A stretch of DNA of 64,000 nt from an uncultured bacterium (GTDB lineage Bacteria; Verrucomicrobiota; Lentisphaeria; Victivallales; UBA1829), in the NCBI GenBank assembly GCA_902778895.1, contig CACYZF010000003.1:3798-67797 (forward strand). Direction: 5' to 3'. A program made the position numbers and the translations under genes. Every line of letters starts with the position of its first letter. Positions within the stretch are counted from its first letter, which is position 1. The notes beneath the pieces were generated by a model. It had not been told where the DNA came from, ran no database searches, and was given only the letters and a program-made list of their open reading frames with translations. This document shows, piece by piece, positions 24,142-33,680 of this stretch.

Positions 24142-25406
24142 GCTTTGAACCAGTCGTCGAGGCGGTTCAGCACGCGGTCGGCGCTTGTGAACTCCGCCCC
24201 GGAGAAGAACATGTCGGGCACGCCTGCCGTGTGGAGTCCGCACGCATGCGCAGTCTCAATGCAGAACGGCGCATCGTCGAAGAGCCAGGTGTCGCGCCTG
24301 CGTGTGCCGAGGCGTTCGAGCGCGATCCAGTAGAACGCCGGATCCTTCTTGTCGAGCCCGGTCTCACCGGTGGTAATGATGTCAAGGAAGAGGTCGAGCA
24401 GGCCGTGTTTTGCAAGAATGGCTTCGACGGCCTTGCGGTCGCTGGCGGTGCCGATCACGAGGCGGAAACCGCGCCGTCCGGCCTCGCGCAGGAACTGCTC
24501 CGCGCCGGGTTTGAGCTGACACGCCATGTAACGCGCGTTCAACAGGTCGAGCAGCCCCTGCAAGGTTTCCTCAGGCGTGAGCTTCAGACCGTATTCCACC
24601 TGAAGATACGCCGCGCCGGTGACCAGGTCGGCGCAGTTCGCGAGCTTGTCGTCCAGATCGGGACGCGGTTCGGCTCCGTTCGCGCGGAGGAAATCCTGCG
24701 CGAGGCCGAGCCAGACCTGCATGGAGTCGAGCACGGTCCCGTCGAAATCCAGGATCATACCGGTTTCGTCGGGGGGCGTAAAATCCGCGCGGTTCACGAG
24801 CGATATGAGCTCACGCGTGGCCGCCTTCACGTCCGGCGCGCCGAACACGGCGGACACGACCGAGATGCCCGCGACGCCGCTGTGTTCGAGCTGGAGCAGA
24901 TTGCCCGCATGGATGCCGCCGATGGCGACCACCGGGATGTCCACCGCGCCGCAGATCGCCCGGAGCGCAGTATGCGTCACGCAGGTCGCGTCGAGCTTGG
25001 TCGAGGTCGGGAAGACAGCGCCGACGCCAAGGTAGTCCGCGCCGTCCTGCTCCGCTTTGACCGCCTCCGCCACGGTGGCCGCGGAAACGCCCAGAATCGC
25101 ATCGGGACCGAGCGCGCGCCGCGCCTCGCGGGCGGCGGTGTCGCTCTGGCCCACGTGCAGGCCGTCCGCGCCGATCGCCAGCGCAAGTTCGAGCGAATCG
25201 TTCACGATGAACGGCACATTGAATTCACGGCAGAGCGACTGGATCGCGAGCGCGTCGGCTTTGGCGGCCTCGAAGGAAGCGCCTTTCGCGCGGTGCTGGA
25301 TGCAGGTCGCGCCGCCTTCGAGCGCGAGGCGGACACGTTCGAGCAGGTTCGGGCCGTCGTCGGTGATGGCGTAGAGTTTGAGATAATCAGGCCTGACGGA
25401 CTTCAT
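24138..25406 (-). CDS. thiE: thiamine-phosphate synthase fused to a HAD-IA phosphatase domain
   Basis: N-terminal ~205 aa are ThiE (LYAITDD ... GADGLHVGQSD ... GADYLGVGAVFPTSTK ... VVAIGGI). C-terminal ~210 aa carry the HAD motifs DFDGT, IGTASDR and FDDAPFCIETAHACG. Confidence 0.85.
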   Translation of the reverse strand: MKSVRPDYLKLYAITDDGPNLLERVRLALEGGATCIQHRAKGASFEAAKADALAIQSLCREFNVPFIVNDSLELALAIGADGLHVGQSDTAAREARRALGPDAILGVSAATVAEAVKAEQDGADYLGVGAVFPTSTKLDATCVTHTALRAICGAVDIPVVAIGGIHAGNLLQLEHSGVAGISVVSAVFGAPDVKAATRELISLVNRADFTPPDETGMILDFDGTVLDSMQVWLGLAQDFLRANGAEPRPDLDDKLANCADLVTGAAYLQVEYGLKLTPEETLQGLLDLLNARYMACQLKPGAEQFLREAGRRGFRLVIGTASDRKAVEAILAKHGLLDLFLDIITTGETGLDKKDPAFYWIALERLGTRRRDTWLFDDAPFCIETAHACGLHTAGVPDMFFSGAEFTSADRVLNRLDDWFKA

Positions 25407-26223
25407 AATCGAGCCTTTCGTGGAGCGCGGTCACATCCAGGTTGCCGACGGCGTCGAAGAGCCGCACCGCGAACGTGCCGCATCCTTCGCCCGGCTTCAG
25501 GGATTCGTAGGCGATCTCGCCGCAGACGCCGTAGGCCGCGAGCGCGGCGGCGGTCGCCTCGAACAGGAATTTCGGTTCGGCCCCGGCATAGGCCGCGGTC
25601 AGGGCGGACAGCATGCAGCCGGACCCGGTGACCTTCGTCATGATCTCGTGGCCGCCCCGGATGACCGCGACGCGTCCGTCCATGCCGCCAACGAGGTCGA
25701 TCGCGCCCGTCACGGCAAACACGCAGTTGTACTTGGCGGCGAGCGCACGGACGTCCGCCACGGCGCGGTCGAGCGTTTCCTCCGTGATCGCATCGTCCGC
25801 CGAGGCGTCGACGCCGCGCGTGGCACTTTTCAGGCCGAGCAGAGCATTCGCCTCGGAACGGTTGCAGCGCACGATTGAAACGCCGCGTTTCAGGATTTCG
25901 AGAGAGAGTTCCGTACGGGACGGCGCACAACCGGTGCCGACCGGGTCGAGCAGGACCGGAATGCCGCGCCGGAGCGCAACTTCCTGCGCACCGCGGATGG
26001 CGTCACGGAAGGTCGGCGTGAACGTGCCGATATTGATGGAAAGCGCATCGGCCTTTTCCGTGAACTCAACCGCACCGACCGGATCGTCGGCCATGACGGG
26101 CGAGGCACCGGCCGCGAGCAGCATATTGGCGCAGCCGTTGGTGGTGACGACGTTCGCGAAACATTCGACGAGCGGGTGTTTTTCGCGCACCCGGGAAAAA
26201 CAGCGGATCAGCATAGTCTTCAC
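25387..26223 (-). CDS. thiM: hydroxyethylthiazole kinase
   Basis: 278 aa. CFANVVTTNGCANMLLAAGASPVMADDP and GSGCMLSALTAAY are typical ThiM motifs. Confidence 0.9.
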   Translation of the reverse strand: MKTMLIRCFSRVREKHPLVECFANVVTTNGCANMLLAAGASPVMADDPVGAVEFTEKADALSINIGTFTPTFRDAIRGAQEVALRRGIPVLLDPVGTGCAPSRTELSLEILKRGVSIVRCNRSEANALLGLKSATRGVDASADDAITEETLDRAVADVRALAAKYNCVFAVTGAIDLVGGMDGRVAVIRGGHEIMTKVTGSGCMLSALTAAYAGAEPKFLFEATAAALAAYGVCGEIAYESLKPGEGCGTFAVRLFDAVGNLDVTALHERLDYEVRQA

Positions 26224-26224
26224 C

Positions 26225-27532
26225 TCATTCCTTCATACCTTTGAGCTTGTTCGAAAGGCGGACGGAGCAGAAGTCCGGGCCGCACATCGTGCAGTATTTG
26301 CCGGACGCAGCATCCTCGGCGCAGTGGCTCTCCTGAAGCGCGGCGCGGCGGTATTCGCGGGCACGGTCCGGGTCGAGCGCGAAACTGAATTGGCGTTCCC
26401 AGTCGAAGTCCGCACGGGCGTCGGAAATGGCATCGTCGCGTTCCTGCGCATGCGGCCTGCCGAGCGCGACGTCGGCGGCATGGGCGGCAATCTTGAACGC
26501 CACGACGCCGCGGCGTACATCCTCGGTATCGGGGAGCCCGAGGTGTTCCTTCGGGGTTACATAGCACAGCATGGCCGCGCCCCAGTACGCGCCGGCGAGA
26601 CCGCCCATCGCGGCGACCATGTGGTCGTAGCCGGGAGCGCAGTCTGTGACGATCGGGCCGAGGATGTAGAACGGCGCGTCGCCGCAGACCTTCTGCTCGC
26701 GCTTCATGTTCATCTCGATCTGGTTGAACGGCACGTGGCCGGGGCCTTCGACCATCGCCTGGACATTCGCCGCTCGGCAGCGCTGCACCAGCTCGCCGAT
26801 CACGTCGAGTTCGCCGAACTGCGCTTCGTCGGAAGCGTCGGCGATGCAGCCGGGCCGGAGTCCGTCGCCGAGGGAGAGCGTCACCTCGTAGTCGCGGCAG
26901 ATCTTCAGGATGTCGTCGAACGCCTCGTAGAACGGATTCTCCATCTTGTGGTCGCCGATCCAGGCGGCAATGAGCGCGCCGCCGCGGCTGACGATGCCGA
27001 GCTTGCGTTTCAGCGCCGCCGGGATATGCTTCGCGAGAAGTCCGGCGTGGATGGTCATGTAGTCGACACCCTGTTTCGCCTGGTCCTCGACAACCTGCAG
27101 GATCGTGTCGCGGTCGAACTTGCCCGCGCCCGCCCGGGCGGCGATCTCGTAAACCGGCACGGTGCCGACCGGGATCGGGGACAGTCTGATGAGCTCCTTG
27201 CGGAAGAGCGCCAGGTCGCCGCGCGTGCTGAGGTCCATGATGGTGTCCGCGCCGTATTTGAGGGAGACTTCAAGCTTCTCGAACTCGTTTTTCGGGCAGC
27301 TGGACGTCTGGGAATTACCGATATTGGAATTGATCTTGGTGCGCAGGGCGCGGCCGATGCCCATCGGCTTCAGGCTGGTGTGGTTCACGTTCGCCGGGAT
27401 CACGATCGTACCGGCCGCGACGCCGTCGCGGATGAACTCCGGCGAGAGGTATTCCGAGGCGGCCACCGCCGCCATTTCGGGTGTTACGACGCCATGTTTC
27501 GCGGCGTCCATCTGGGTCTTGTCTGCTTTCAT
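26225..27532 (-). CDS. thiC: phosphomethylpyrimidine synthase
   Basis: VNHTSLKPMGIGRALRTKINSNIGNS ... MVEGPGHVPFNQIEMNM ... C-terminal CTMCGPDFCS cluster motif. ATG 27532 is preferred (AAGGAG lies 7 nt upstream); the alternative is 27571. Confidence 0.9.
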   Translation of the reverse strand: MKADKTQMDAAKHGVVTPEMAAVAASEYLSPEFIRDGVAAGTIVIPANVNHTSLKPMGIGRALRTKINSNIGNSQTSSCPKNEFEKLEVSLKYGADTIMDLSTRGDLALFRKELIRLSPIPVGTVPVYEIAARAGAGKFDRDTILQVVEDQAKQGVDYMTIHAGLLAKHIPAALKRKLGIVSRGGALIAAWIGDHKMENPFYEAFDDILKICRDYEVTLSLGDGLRPGCIADASDEAQFGELDVIGELVQRCRAANVQAMVEGPGHVPFNQIEMNMKREQKVCGDAPFYILGPIVTDCAPGYDHMVAAMGGLAGAYWGAAMLCYVTPKEHLGLPDTEDVRRGVVAFKIAAHAADVALGRPHAQERDDAISDARADFDWERQFSFALDPDRAREYRRAALQESHCAEDAASGKYCTMCGPDFCSVRLSNKLKGMKE

Positions 27533-27574
27533 GCCTGACTCCTTGTCGTTATTGAGCAGGAAAGCATCCATAGG

Positions 27575-27685
27575 CCAATCCCTTCGCCGGCATGATCCGG
27601 ATCAGGTCTCATGCGCCGTGCACGGCGCATACGGGTCGAAGCCCTCCGGCTTCCTCTCAGCCCGCCTCGGCGGACTCCCCTGCTC
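27575..27685 (-). promoter_or_regulatory. TPP (THI-box) riboswitch
   Basis: Minus-strand RNA reads GGGGAGUCCGCCGAGGCGGGCUGAGAGGAAGCC...GACCCGU...GAGACCUGAUCCGGAUCAUGCCGGCGAAGGGAUUGG. It contains the conserved CUGAGA and ACCUGAUCNGGAUNAUGCCNGCGNAGGGA elements, immediately upstream of thiC. Confidence 0.9.
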
Positions 27686-27712
27686 AGTTATATGTTTATT
27701 GTCTGGTTAAGT

Positions 27713-29428
27713 TCAGTTCACGATCGAGTCGGTCGACTCCTTCTGACGTTTCTGGAAACCGCCCGGCTGCGGATAGAGAAGGCGTTCGTCGAGCGCAAAG
27801 ATCCAGCCTTCCTCCTCGCCCGGTTCCAGGTATGATTCGACGATCTTCCAGCCGTGGTCGTAAAGGTAGGACGCCTGGGAAATGCGCGGCCAGAGCAGCA
27901 CGCCGTATTTCGAGCCGAACGCCTTGTAGACGTCCTCCGGGTACGGGTCGCCGCCGAGTCCGGGCGTGGTCGAGGTCAGCAGCAGCGTGCGACGCGGGTC
28001 CTTCGAATATGAGAACATCGGGTCCATGCCCCACTGCCACAGGTGGTCCGTATCGTTGTAGAACAGCGCCGGGAAATCGCTCCAGTCCAGATTGACGACC
28101 GGACGTCCCGCGGGCACGTGCTCCTTCAGGAATGCGGTCATCTTCGGCAGAGGCTGGACCAGCACCTGCGGACACTCCTTGGCGAAGTAATACGAGGAAT
28201 AGATGCCAAGCGCGACCGAAAGAACGGCCAGCAGGACCGGGGTTCCCCATTTGAACTTGCACAGCGGCAGATGGAATCCTTCGCGCGTCATATGCTCCAA
28301 GAGGAGCAGAAAAGCGATCGCGACGAACGGACTGGCGTATTCCACAGTACGCACCGCCACAAAGATGCCGGCGGAAAACCCGCCCGCCAGAACCGTGACC
28401 GCGATAATGTTCGGGTCGGTCTTCCTAAGACCTTTGCGTTCGACCAGACGGACGAACATCATCAGGATGCACCAGGCCATAAGATAGAGCGGAGCGGCGG
28501 TCCTGTTGAATCCGAAGCGCGGCGCCAGCATTTCGCTGGGCTTCGACAGACGGACACCCGCCATCATCGGTGCGATCAGGGCGTCCCACGACTGGACTTT
28601 CCAGATGACGAACGAATTCGGGAACTGCGGATGGAGTGTGAGGCCGAGCAGGACGCCGCCCAGAGACAGCACCGGAAGCCAGAGCTCGCGCCAGCCGCCG
28701 CTTTTCAGCCGCGACAGAGCGAATATCAGGGGGATGATCACGATGAAGTGCGGGTTCGAATAGCTCCATGCGAAGCAGAACGAAAGCACACCGACCACCG
28801 CCAGACGGAACCGGAACGGCCCCTTCGCCAGCAGTCCGGTCGTAAACGTCAGAAACGCGATGGACAGAATATGCGGACGCAGTACGGAAAGACGGAACGT
28901 GTAGTTCGGCACGATGACGGAAAAGAGCGGCGCGCCGAGCAGCAGATAAAGCGGACGCACCCCAAGCCGCCCCGCCGCGAAAACACAGCCCAGGATCGCG
29001 AGGGCGGAATAAAACAGCGCGGCGACGTGGAACGGCGGATTCAATGCCGCGCCGAAGGCTTTTTCGACCGCAAAAATGACATTGATCCCGGCATGGTACA
29101 GCAGCTCCTTGTCGGCGAAATGGTCCTTCCATACGGACATCTGCGTCCAGGGAAACTCTTTCGCAGCATACACCTCCGGGCCGAGCTTCGCCATCATCGC
29201 GTGGTACAGCGCATCCTGCGAGTTCTCGCCGGTCTTCATCACGCAGACACGGAGCGCGCCGAGCCATACGAACGGGATCAGGAACGCGAACACGAGCATG
29301 ATCCATCCGGCACGGCCGAGTCCGGAGCGCGGACACGCGGATACTTCCGGAGTCTGAACTCCGGTCTGTGGCATCTCCGCCGTCTGTGTCTGAAGCATGT
29401 CCTGCTGCTGTTCCATGGAAAACCCCAA
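27713..29428 (-). CDS. large polytopic membrane protein with C-terminal soluble domain (GT-C-like glycosyltransferase suspected)
   Basis: 571 aa, at least 10 TM helices. First-loop QDALYHAMMAKLG resembles the GT-C (D/E)xxY loop. ~150 aa hydrophilic C-terminus. No confident family assignment from sequence alone. Confidence 0.6.
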   Translation of the reverse strand: MGFSMEQQQDMLQTQTAEMPQTGVQTPEVSACPRSGLGRAGWIMLVFAFLIPFVWLGALRVCVMKTGENSQDALYHAMMAKLGPEVYAAKEFPWTQMSVWKDHFADKELLYHAGINVIFAVEKAFGAALNPPFHVAALFYSALAILGCVFAAGRLGVRPLYLLLGAPLFSVIVPNYTFRLSVLRPHILSIAFLTFTTGLLAKGPFRFRLAVVGVLSFCFAWSYSNPHFIVIIPLIFALSRLKSGGWRELWLPVLSLGGVLLGLTLHPQFPNSFVIWKVQSWDALIAPMMAGVRLSKPSEMLAPRFGFNRTAAPLYLMAWCILMMFVRLVERKGLRKTDPNIIAVTVLAGGFSAGIFVAVRTVEYASPFVAIAFLLLLEHMTREGFHLPLCKFKWGTPVLLAVLSVALGIYSSYYFAKECPQVLVQPLPKMTAFLKEHVPAGRPVVNLDWSDFPALFYNDTDHLWQWGMDPMFSYSKDPRRTLLLTSTTPGLGGDPYPEDVYKAFGSKYGVLLWPRISQASYLYDHGWKIVESYLEPGEEEGWIFALDERLLYPQPGGFQKRQKESTDSIVN

Positions 29429-29644
29429 AGCGAATCATAATCCCGGCGTACGGGCGCGAAAACATCAAACCTAATAAGATACAGCCGGAATGCCGGAACT
29501 TCAACCGGAAAGCGGAAGATAATCGTTCTTTTTTTCGGGAAAAAGGTTGCCGCGGCCTGATGCAAAATGCACCCGGCAATGGCATTTCAAACGTACCCTG
29601 ACAGAGCATCCTCAAAAAAACAGAAAAAAACAGATAAAATCCTG

Positions 29645-29673
29645 TTGAAAAAACGGAGACAAAGATGTATATT
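29645..29673 (+). promoter_or_regulatory. putative promoter of the hybrid sensor kinase gene
   Basis: TTGAAA (29645-29650), 17 nt spacer, TATATT (29668-29673). This argues against the 29567 ORF start. Confidence 0.45.
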
Positions 29674-29719
29674 GCTTTCTGAGCAAGATAATAGGACAAC
29701 TAATTCATGTTCACCAGCC

Positions 29720-32700
29720 ATGCAAACACGTTTTCCGCATATCACAAAGTCCGTTCTCTTTGAGATACTTCCCATGTTTCGCCGGGGGTTGACTCTGTTC
29801 CTTTTCCTTGCTCTGATTCTGTCTGCGGTCCCGATGTACGCACAGGAAGAGGATGAAGAAATCGAAGAGGAAACGGAAGAGGTCGAAGAGGAAGAGGAAC
29901 TCGTAGAGGAATTCATAGAAGAAGATTCTGTTAAAGAGATATCGGACGTGCAATCCGGGGAAAAGCCGGAAGAATCCGAACCGGCAGAGGAAGAACATTC
30001 CCGCTGCGTCCTGATGCTTTTCCCGTTCACATCCTCCTACGCGGAGCATGTGTATGTCTCAAACGCAGTCTCGAAGCACGTAGCGGAGCTGGATGGTTCC
30101 TACATCGTAATGCAGAAGGAATTCGATATACTGAATGACTCACGGGAGGAAGTCCAACGCCGGTTTGAAAGCCTGAAGCCGCTGTTCGACAGCGGCGACG
30201 TGGCGGCCGTGATCGGCATCGGACAGGAACTTCTGCCTCTGCTGAACAAAAATATCGGCCTGATCCCGGAAAAAACGGCCCTGCTGCTTTTCACTGAACG
30301 GATGCCGATGGAAACCGAATTCGCGAAACGCGAGAATATCGGCGGCGTATTCCTGGACAATCCCGTGGAAAAATCGATTGACCTGATCTTCCAGGTCTTC
30401 CCCAAAACAAAACGTATCATTCCGCTCGCCGGACACACGGAAACAGGGGAACGTTTTATCGCCGGCGTCAAAGAGGCTCTGAGCGAATCGCATCCTGAAA
30501 CGGACTGCATGATCATCGACAACAGCAAAGTGGATACGCCCGAAATGATCCGGCGCGTCACCCAAAGCGGCAAGGATTCCGTGGTCCTGTTCCACTCGTG
30601 GTACGGGCTTAACGCCGTGAACCTGGCATCCCTGTCGTTCTTCCTGCAGCGTCTTTGCCTCAATCCGGACGTTCCGGTTTTCACCGTCCATGATTCGATG
30701 TTCGCATTTCACGTCGCCGGCGGTACCGTATGCCAGTCCGCGACGGCAATCGGCAAGTTGATAAATCTGCTTGACCGCTGCGTGGTGGACGATGAATCCG
30801 TGGGAGGCCAGTGGGAAACGGTCGAAGCAAAGCAGATCATCACAGCAAGCAGTTTCCAGCGGTTCGGCATCAGCCGGCACACCAATGCGGAAAACCTGAT
30901 GATCAGCATGGACAGCCAGTCCATGTTCCGCCGGGAAAACGCCCGCGCGCTGGTCGCCGTGACATTCTCGCTTGTACTGGTCATAGCGCTCCTCTGCTAC
31001 ATTGCCATATGGGATCATTACCGGCGGCGTCTGCTGAAACTCCTCCGCGCCGTGTTCAAACAGATCCCGAGCCGCATCGTCATCGGCAGCCGGAATGGCA
31101 TCGCGCATTTCATCCACGTGGGCAAGTTCGGCGAGGACAGCGGCCTCGTGCGTTTTCCCGTGAACGAGCTCCCGGAATACGCGGATGAGACATTCCGCAA
31201 TGCATGGGAAGAGGTCTTTGCCACCGGCGAAACACAGAAATTCCAAATGGCCACAGGCAGCCGGCACCGTTCTGTGGAAATGGCGCTGTTCGAGAACAAG
31301 GAGATCTTCGGGCGGGACACGGCGTTCTGGATTTCGCACGACATCGAAGACCTGCTTCAGGCACAGAATGAACTGAAGGCCGGCCTCGCCAGTCAGGAAA
31401 GACTGAATGACCTCTTCGCCGCCTCCCTGAAAAAACTCTCCGCCGACGGCACCGCCGTCGATATGACCAACGAAGTCCTGTCCTTCATCGTCCGCAGCGT
31501 GAAGGAACACATGAACGCGGATTTCTGCTGCATCATGCGGTACAACTATGAAGAAAAGGGTATGGAGCTTTTCGTCAGCGAGGCATCCGACAGCATAACG
31601 ATCGACAACGACAAGAAATTCATCCCGTTCCCGGCTCAGAAAGACGACAAGCTGATGTCCAGGCTGGAAAACCACATGCCGGTGGTAATAAACGACTTCT
31701 CCGCCTCGCTCTTCATGAAGCCGGATTCCGCCGCGCAGACAGCAGGCAAACGCCCGAAAAAAGTCAGCATGTGCTTCTCGCCGCTCTTCATCGACGGCAA
31801 ACTCTGGGGTCACATCGCATCCATTCACCAGAAGGCGAAATACGAATTCTCCGACCTGTATCTGCAATTCCTCCAAGGCACGGCCCACATCGTGGAGGCC
31901 ATGCTGGAATACCGTTTCATCCACTCCAGACTCGAACGCGGCGAGTACGAGAAGCAGCTCATCATGGAAAACCTCCCGCTGCCGCTCATCCTGCTGGACC
32001 GCAACCTGAACCTGATCCAGCGCAATTCCGCGGCGCAGAAGGATCTGCTCGGATTCCCGGACGCCCTCCGGGACAACCTCTGCCACACCGTCTTCTGCAA
32101 GGCGAAAGTCCCACCGGAAGACTGCCCGGTCCGCGGCGTCCTGAACGACTTCAAACCGCACGTGAAGGCTCTGACGTTCAACGGCAGGGACTACATGGTC
32201 AACGCCTACCCGATCATGATCGGCAACGAACTTACGAACATTCTGCTGGCATGGTTCGACGTGACCGCGGAAAACGAAAACCAGCGCAAACTGGAAGCCG
32301 CGCTCCGCGAGGCGAAGGACGCCAGCAAGGCCAAGAGCCTCTTCCTCGCGTCCATGAGCCACGAGCTCCGCACGCCGCTGAACGCCGTGATCGGGTTCTG
32401 CGAGCTTCTGCAGAACAGCGCTCTGCCGCGCGAAAGCCAGCTCGAGTACCTCAAGTCCATCTCCGTGGCCGGTCATACCCTGCTCGACCTCATCAGCAAC
32501 ATCCTCGACACCTGCAAGCTCGAAACCGAGCAGGTTGAGCTCCAGAACGAAAAGACCGATGTCCGCAGGATCGTCACCGACATGGTCGCCATGTTCAAAT
32601 CGCTCGCCGAGAAGAAACAGCTTGCGCAGCCGCTGGTGGTCCCGGACGATCTCCCGTACGTGGTGCTCGACCGCATGCGCCTGCGCCAGGTGCTGGTGAA

Positions 32701-33535
32701 CCTCCTCGGAAACGCGTTCAAGTTCACCGACCGCGGCTACGTCGGCATCAAAGTCTCCTGCACGATACTGGAACAGGGCAAGTGCCGCCTCGCCATCGCC
32801 ATCCGCGACTCCGGCATCGGCATTGATCCCGACAAGAAAGACAAGATCTTCGAACCGTTCGTCCAGCAGGACGCCGTCCGCGACACGCACGTCTACAAGG
32901 GGTCCGGACTCGGCCTTGCCATCTGCGACCGCTACATCAAGGCCATGGGCGGCCGGATCGACCTGGACAGCGACGTCGGGAAAGGCAGCGTCTTCACCAT
33001 CGTCTTCGAGAGCATCCCGTACATCACGCCGACCGAAGAGGATCGCGCCGCCGAAAAGAATGGCGACGCCTCCGCCCCGGAACAGCAGATCCCGGCGAAT
33101 GCGTTCAGCGGGTCGGCGACGCCGCAGAAACCCACTCCGAAAGTCGACCTGAACGGTTATAACGCGCTCATCGTCGACGACGTGCCGATCAACCTGAAGG
33201 TCCTCGGCGCCATGCTGAAGGGATTCCACCTCAACATCGTTCAGGCGAACTCCGGCGCCGACGCGCTGTCGAAACTGCAGGACGCCAAGCCCGACCTGGT
33301 ATTGTCCGACATGTGGATGCCCGGCATGTCCGGCGAAGAACTCGCGCGGAATATCCGAAATGCGCCGAACGGCGACAAGATCGTCATCATGGCTGTGACC
33401 GCGGACGTCGAAAACCAGAACAACTTCGACATGTCCGTATTCGACGGCATCCTCCTGAAGCCCGTCACGAAGACCTCCCTCGCGTTCGCGTTCCAGGAAA
33501 TGATCGACAAGGGCCGCATCACGCCGAAGAGCTGA
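29720..33535 (+). CDS. hybrid sensor histidine kinase / response regulator with periplasmic solute-binding-like domain, PAS/GAF region and C-terminal receiver
   Basis: Signal/TM helix, then a ~50 aa poly-acidic stretch and a ~330 aa periplasmic domain. A second TM helix (ALVAVTFSLVLVIALLCYIAIW) and sensory repeats follow. HisKA FLASMSHELRTPLNAVIGF; HATPase (GSGLGLAICDRYIKAMGG); REC (LIVDDVPINL...DLVLSDMWMPGMSG). Start is 29720 or 29774. Confidence 0.9.
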   Translation: MQTRFPHITKSVLFEILPMFRRGLTLFLFLALILSAVPMYAQEEDEEIEEETEEVEEEEELVEEFIEEDSVKEISDVQSGEKPEESEPAEEEHSRCVLMLFPFTSSYAEHVYVSNAVSKHVAELDGSYIVMQKEFDILNDSREEVQRRFESLKPLFDSGDVAAVIGIGQELLPLLNKNIGLIPEKTALLLFTERMPMETEFAKRENIGGVFLDNPVEKSIDLIFQVFPKTKRIIPLAGHTETGERFIAGVKEALSESHPETDCMIIDNSKVDTPEMIRRVTQSGKDSVVLFHSWYGLNAVNLASLSFFLQRLCLNPDVPVFTVHDSMFAFHVAGGTVCQSATAIGKLINLLDRCVVDDESVGGQWETVEAKQIITASSFQRFGISRHTNAENLMISMDSQSMFRRENARALVAVTFSLVLVIALLCYIAIWDHYRRRLLKLLRAVFKQIPSRIVIGSRNGIAHFIHVGKFGEDSGLVRFPVNELPEYADETFRNAWEEVFATGETQKFQMATGSRHRSVEMALFENKEIFGRDTAFWISHDIEDLLQAQNELKAGLASQERLNDLFAASLKKLSADGTAVDMTNEVLSFIVRSVKEHMNADFCCIMRYNYEEKGMELFVSEASDSITIDNDKKFIPFPAQKDDKLMSRLENHMPVVINDFSASLFMKPDSAAQTAGKRPKKVSMCFSPLFIDGKLWGHIASIHQKAKYEFSDLYLQFLQGTAHIVEAMLEYRFIHSRLERGEYEKQLIMENLPLPLILLDRNLNLIQRNSAAQKDLLGFPDALRDNLCHTVFCKAKVPPEDCPVRGVLNDFKPHVKALTFNGRDYMVNAYPIMIGNELTNILLAWFDVTAENENQRKLEAALREAKDASKAKSLFLASMSHELRTPLNAVIGFCELLQNSALPRESQLEYLKSISVAGHTLLDLISNILDTCKLETEQVELQNEKTDVRRIVTDMVAMFKSLAEKKQLAQPLVVPDDLPYVVLDRMRLRQVLVNLLGNAFKFTDRGYVGIKVSCTILEQGKCRLAIAIRDSGIGIDPDKKDKIFEPFVQQDAVRDTHVYKGSGLGLAICDRYIKAMGGRIDLDSDVGKGSVFTIVFESIPYITPTEEDRAAEKNGDASAPEQQIPANAFSGSATPQKPTPKVDLNGYNALIVDDVPINLKVLGAMLKGFHLNIVQANSGADALSKLQDAKPDLVLSDMWMPGMSGEELARNIRNAPNGDKIVIMAVTADVENQNNFDMSVFDGILLKPVTKTSLAFAFQEMIDKGRITPKS

Positions 33536-33680
33536 CGGGGGGGGCAGCCCTGCCCCTGTTCTGTTCCATCGGATTCAGCACCGTTTGAGCGGATCGGAGC
33601 ATTCTCTGTTTGCATTTCCTTCCGTGCGTGCTATATTATTGTTTGCTTGTTTTTCAGAACCAGAAAGGACTCCGTACGCC

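Noticed and set aside
29567-29719. Upstream extension of the sensor kinase ORF (start at 29567)
   Set aside because: The extension would include the predicted promoter (TTGAAA-17-TATATT at 29645-29673) and encodes a K/R-rich non-hydrophobic peptide. The signal/TM helix begins after ATG 29720/29774.
30140-33229. 1029 aa minus-strand ORF
   Set aside because: Antisense to the hybrid histidine kinase, which has HisKA, HATPase and REC motifs on the plus strand. A GC-rich shadow ORF.
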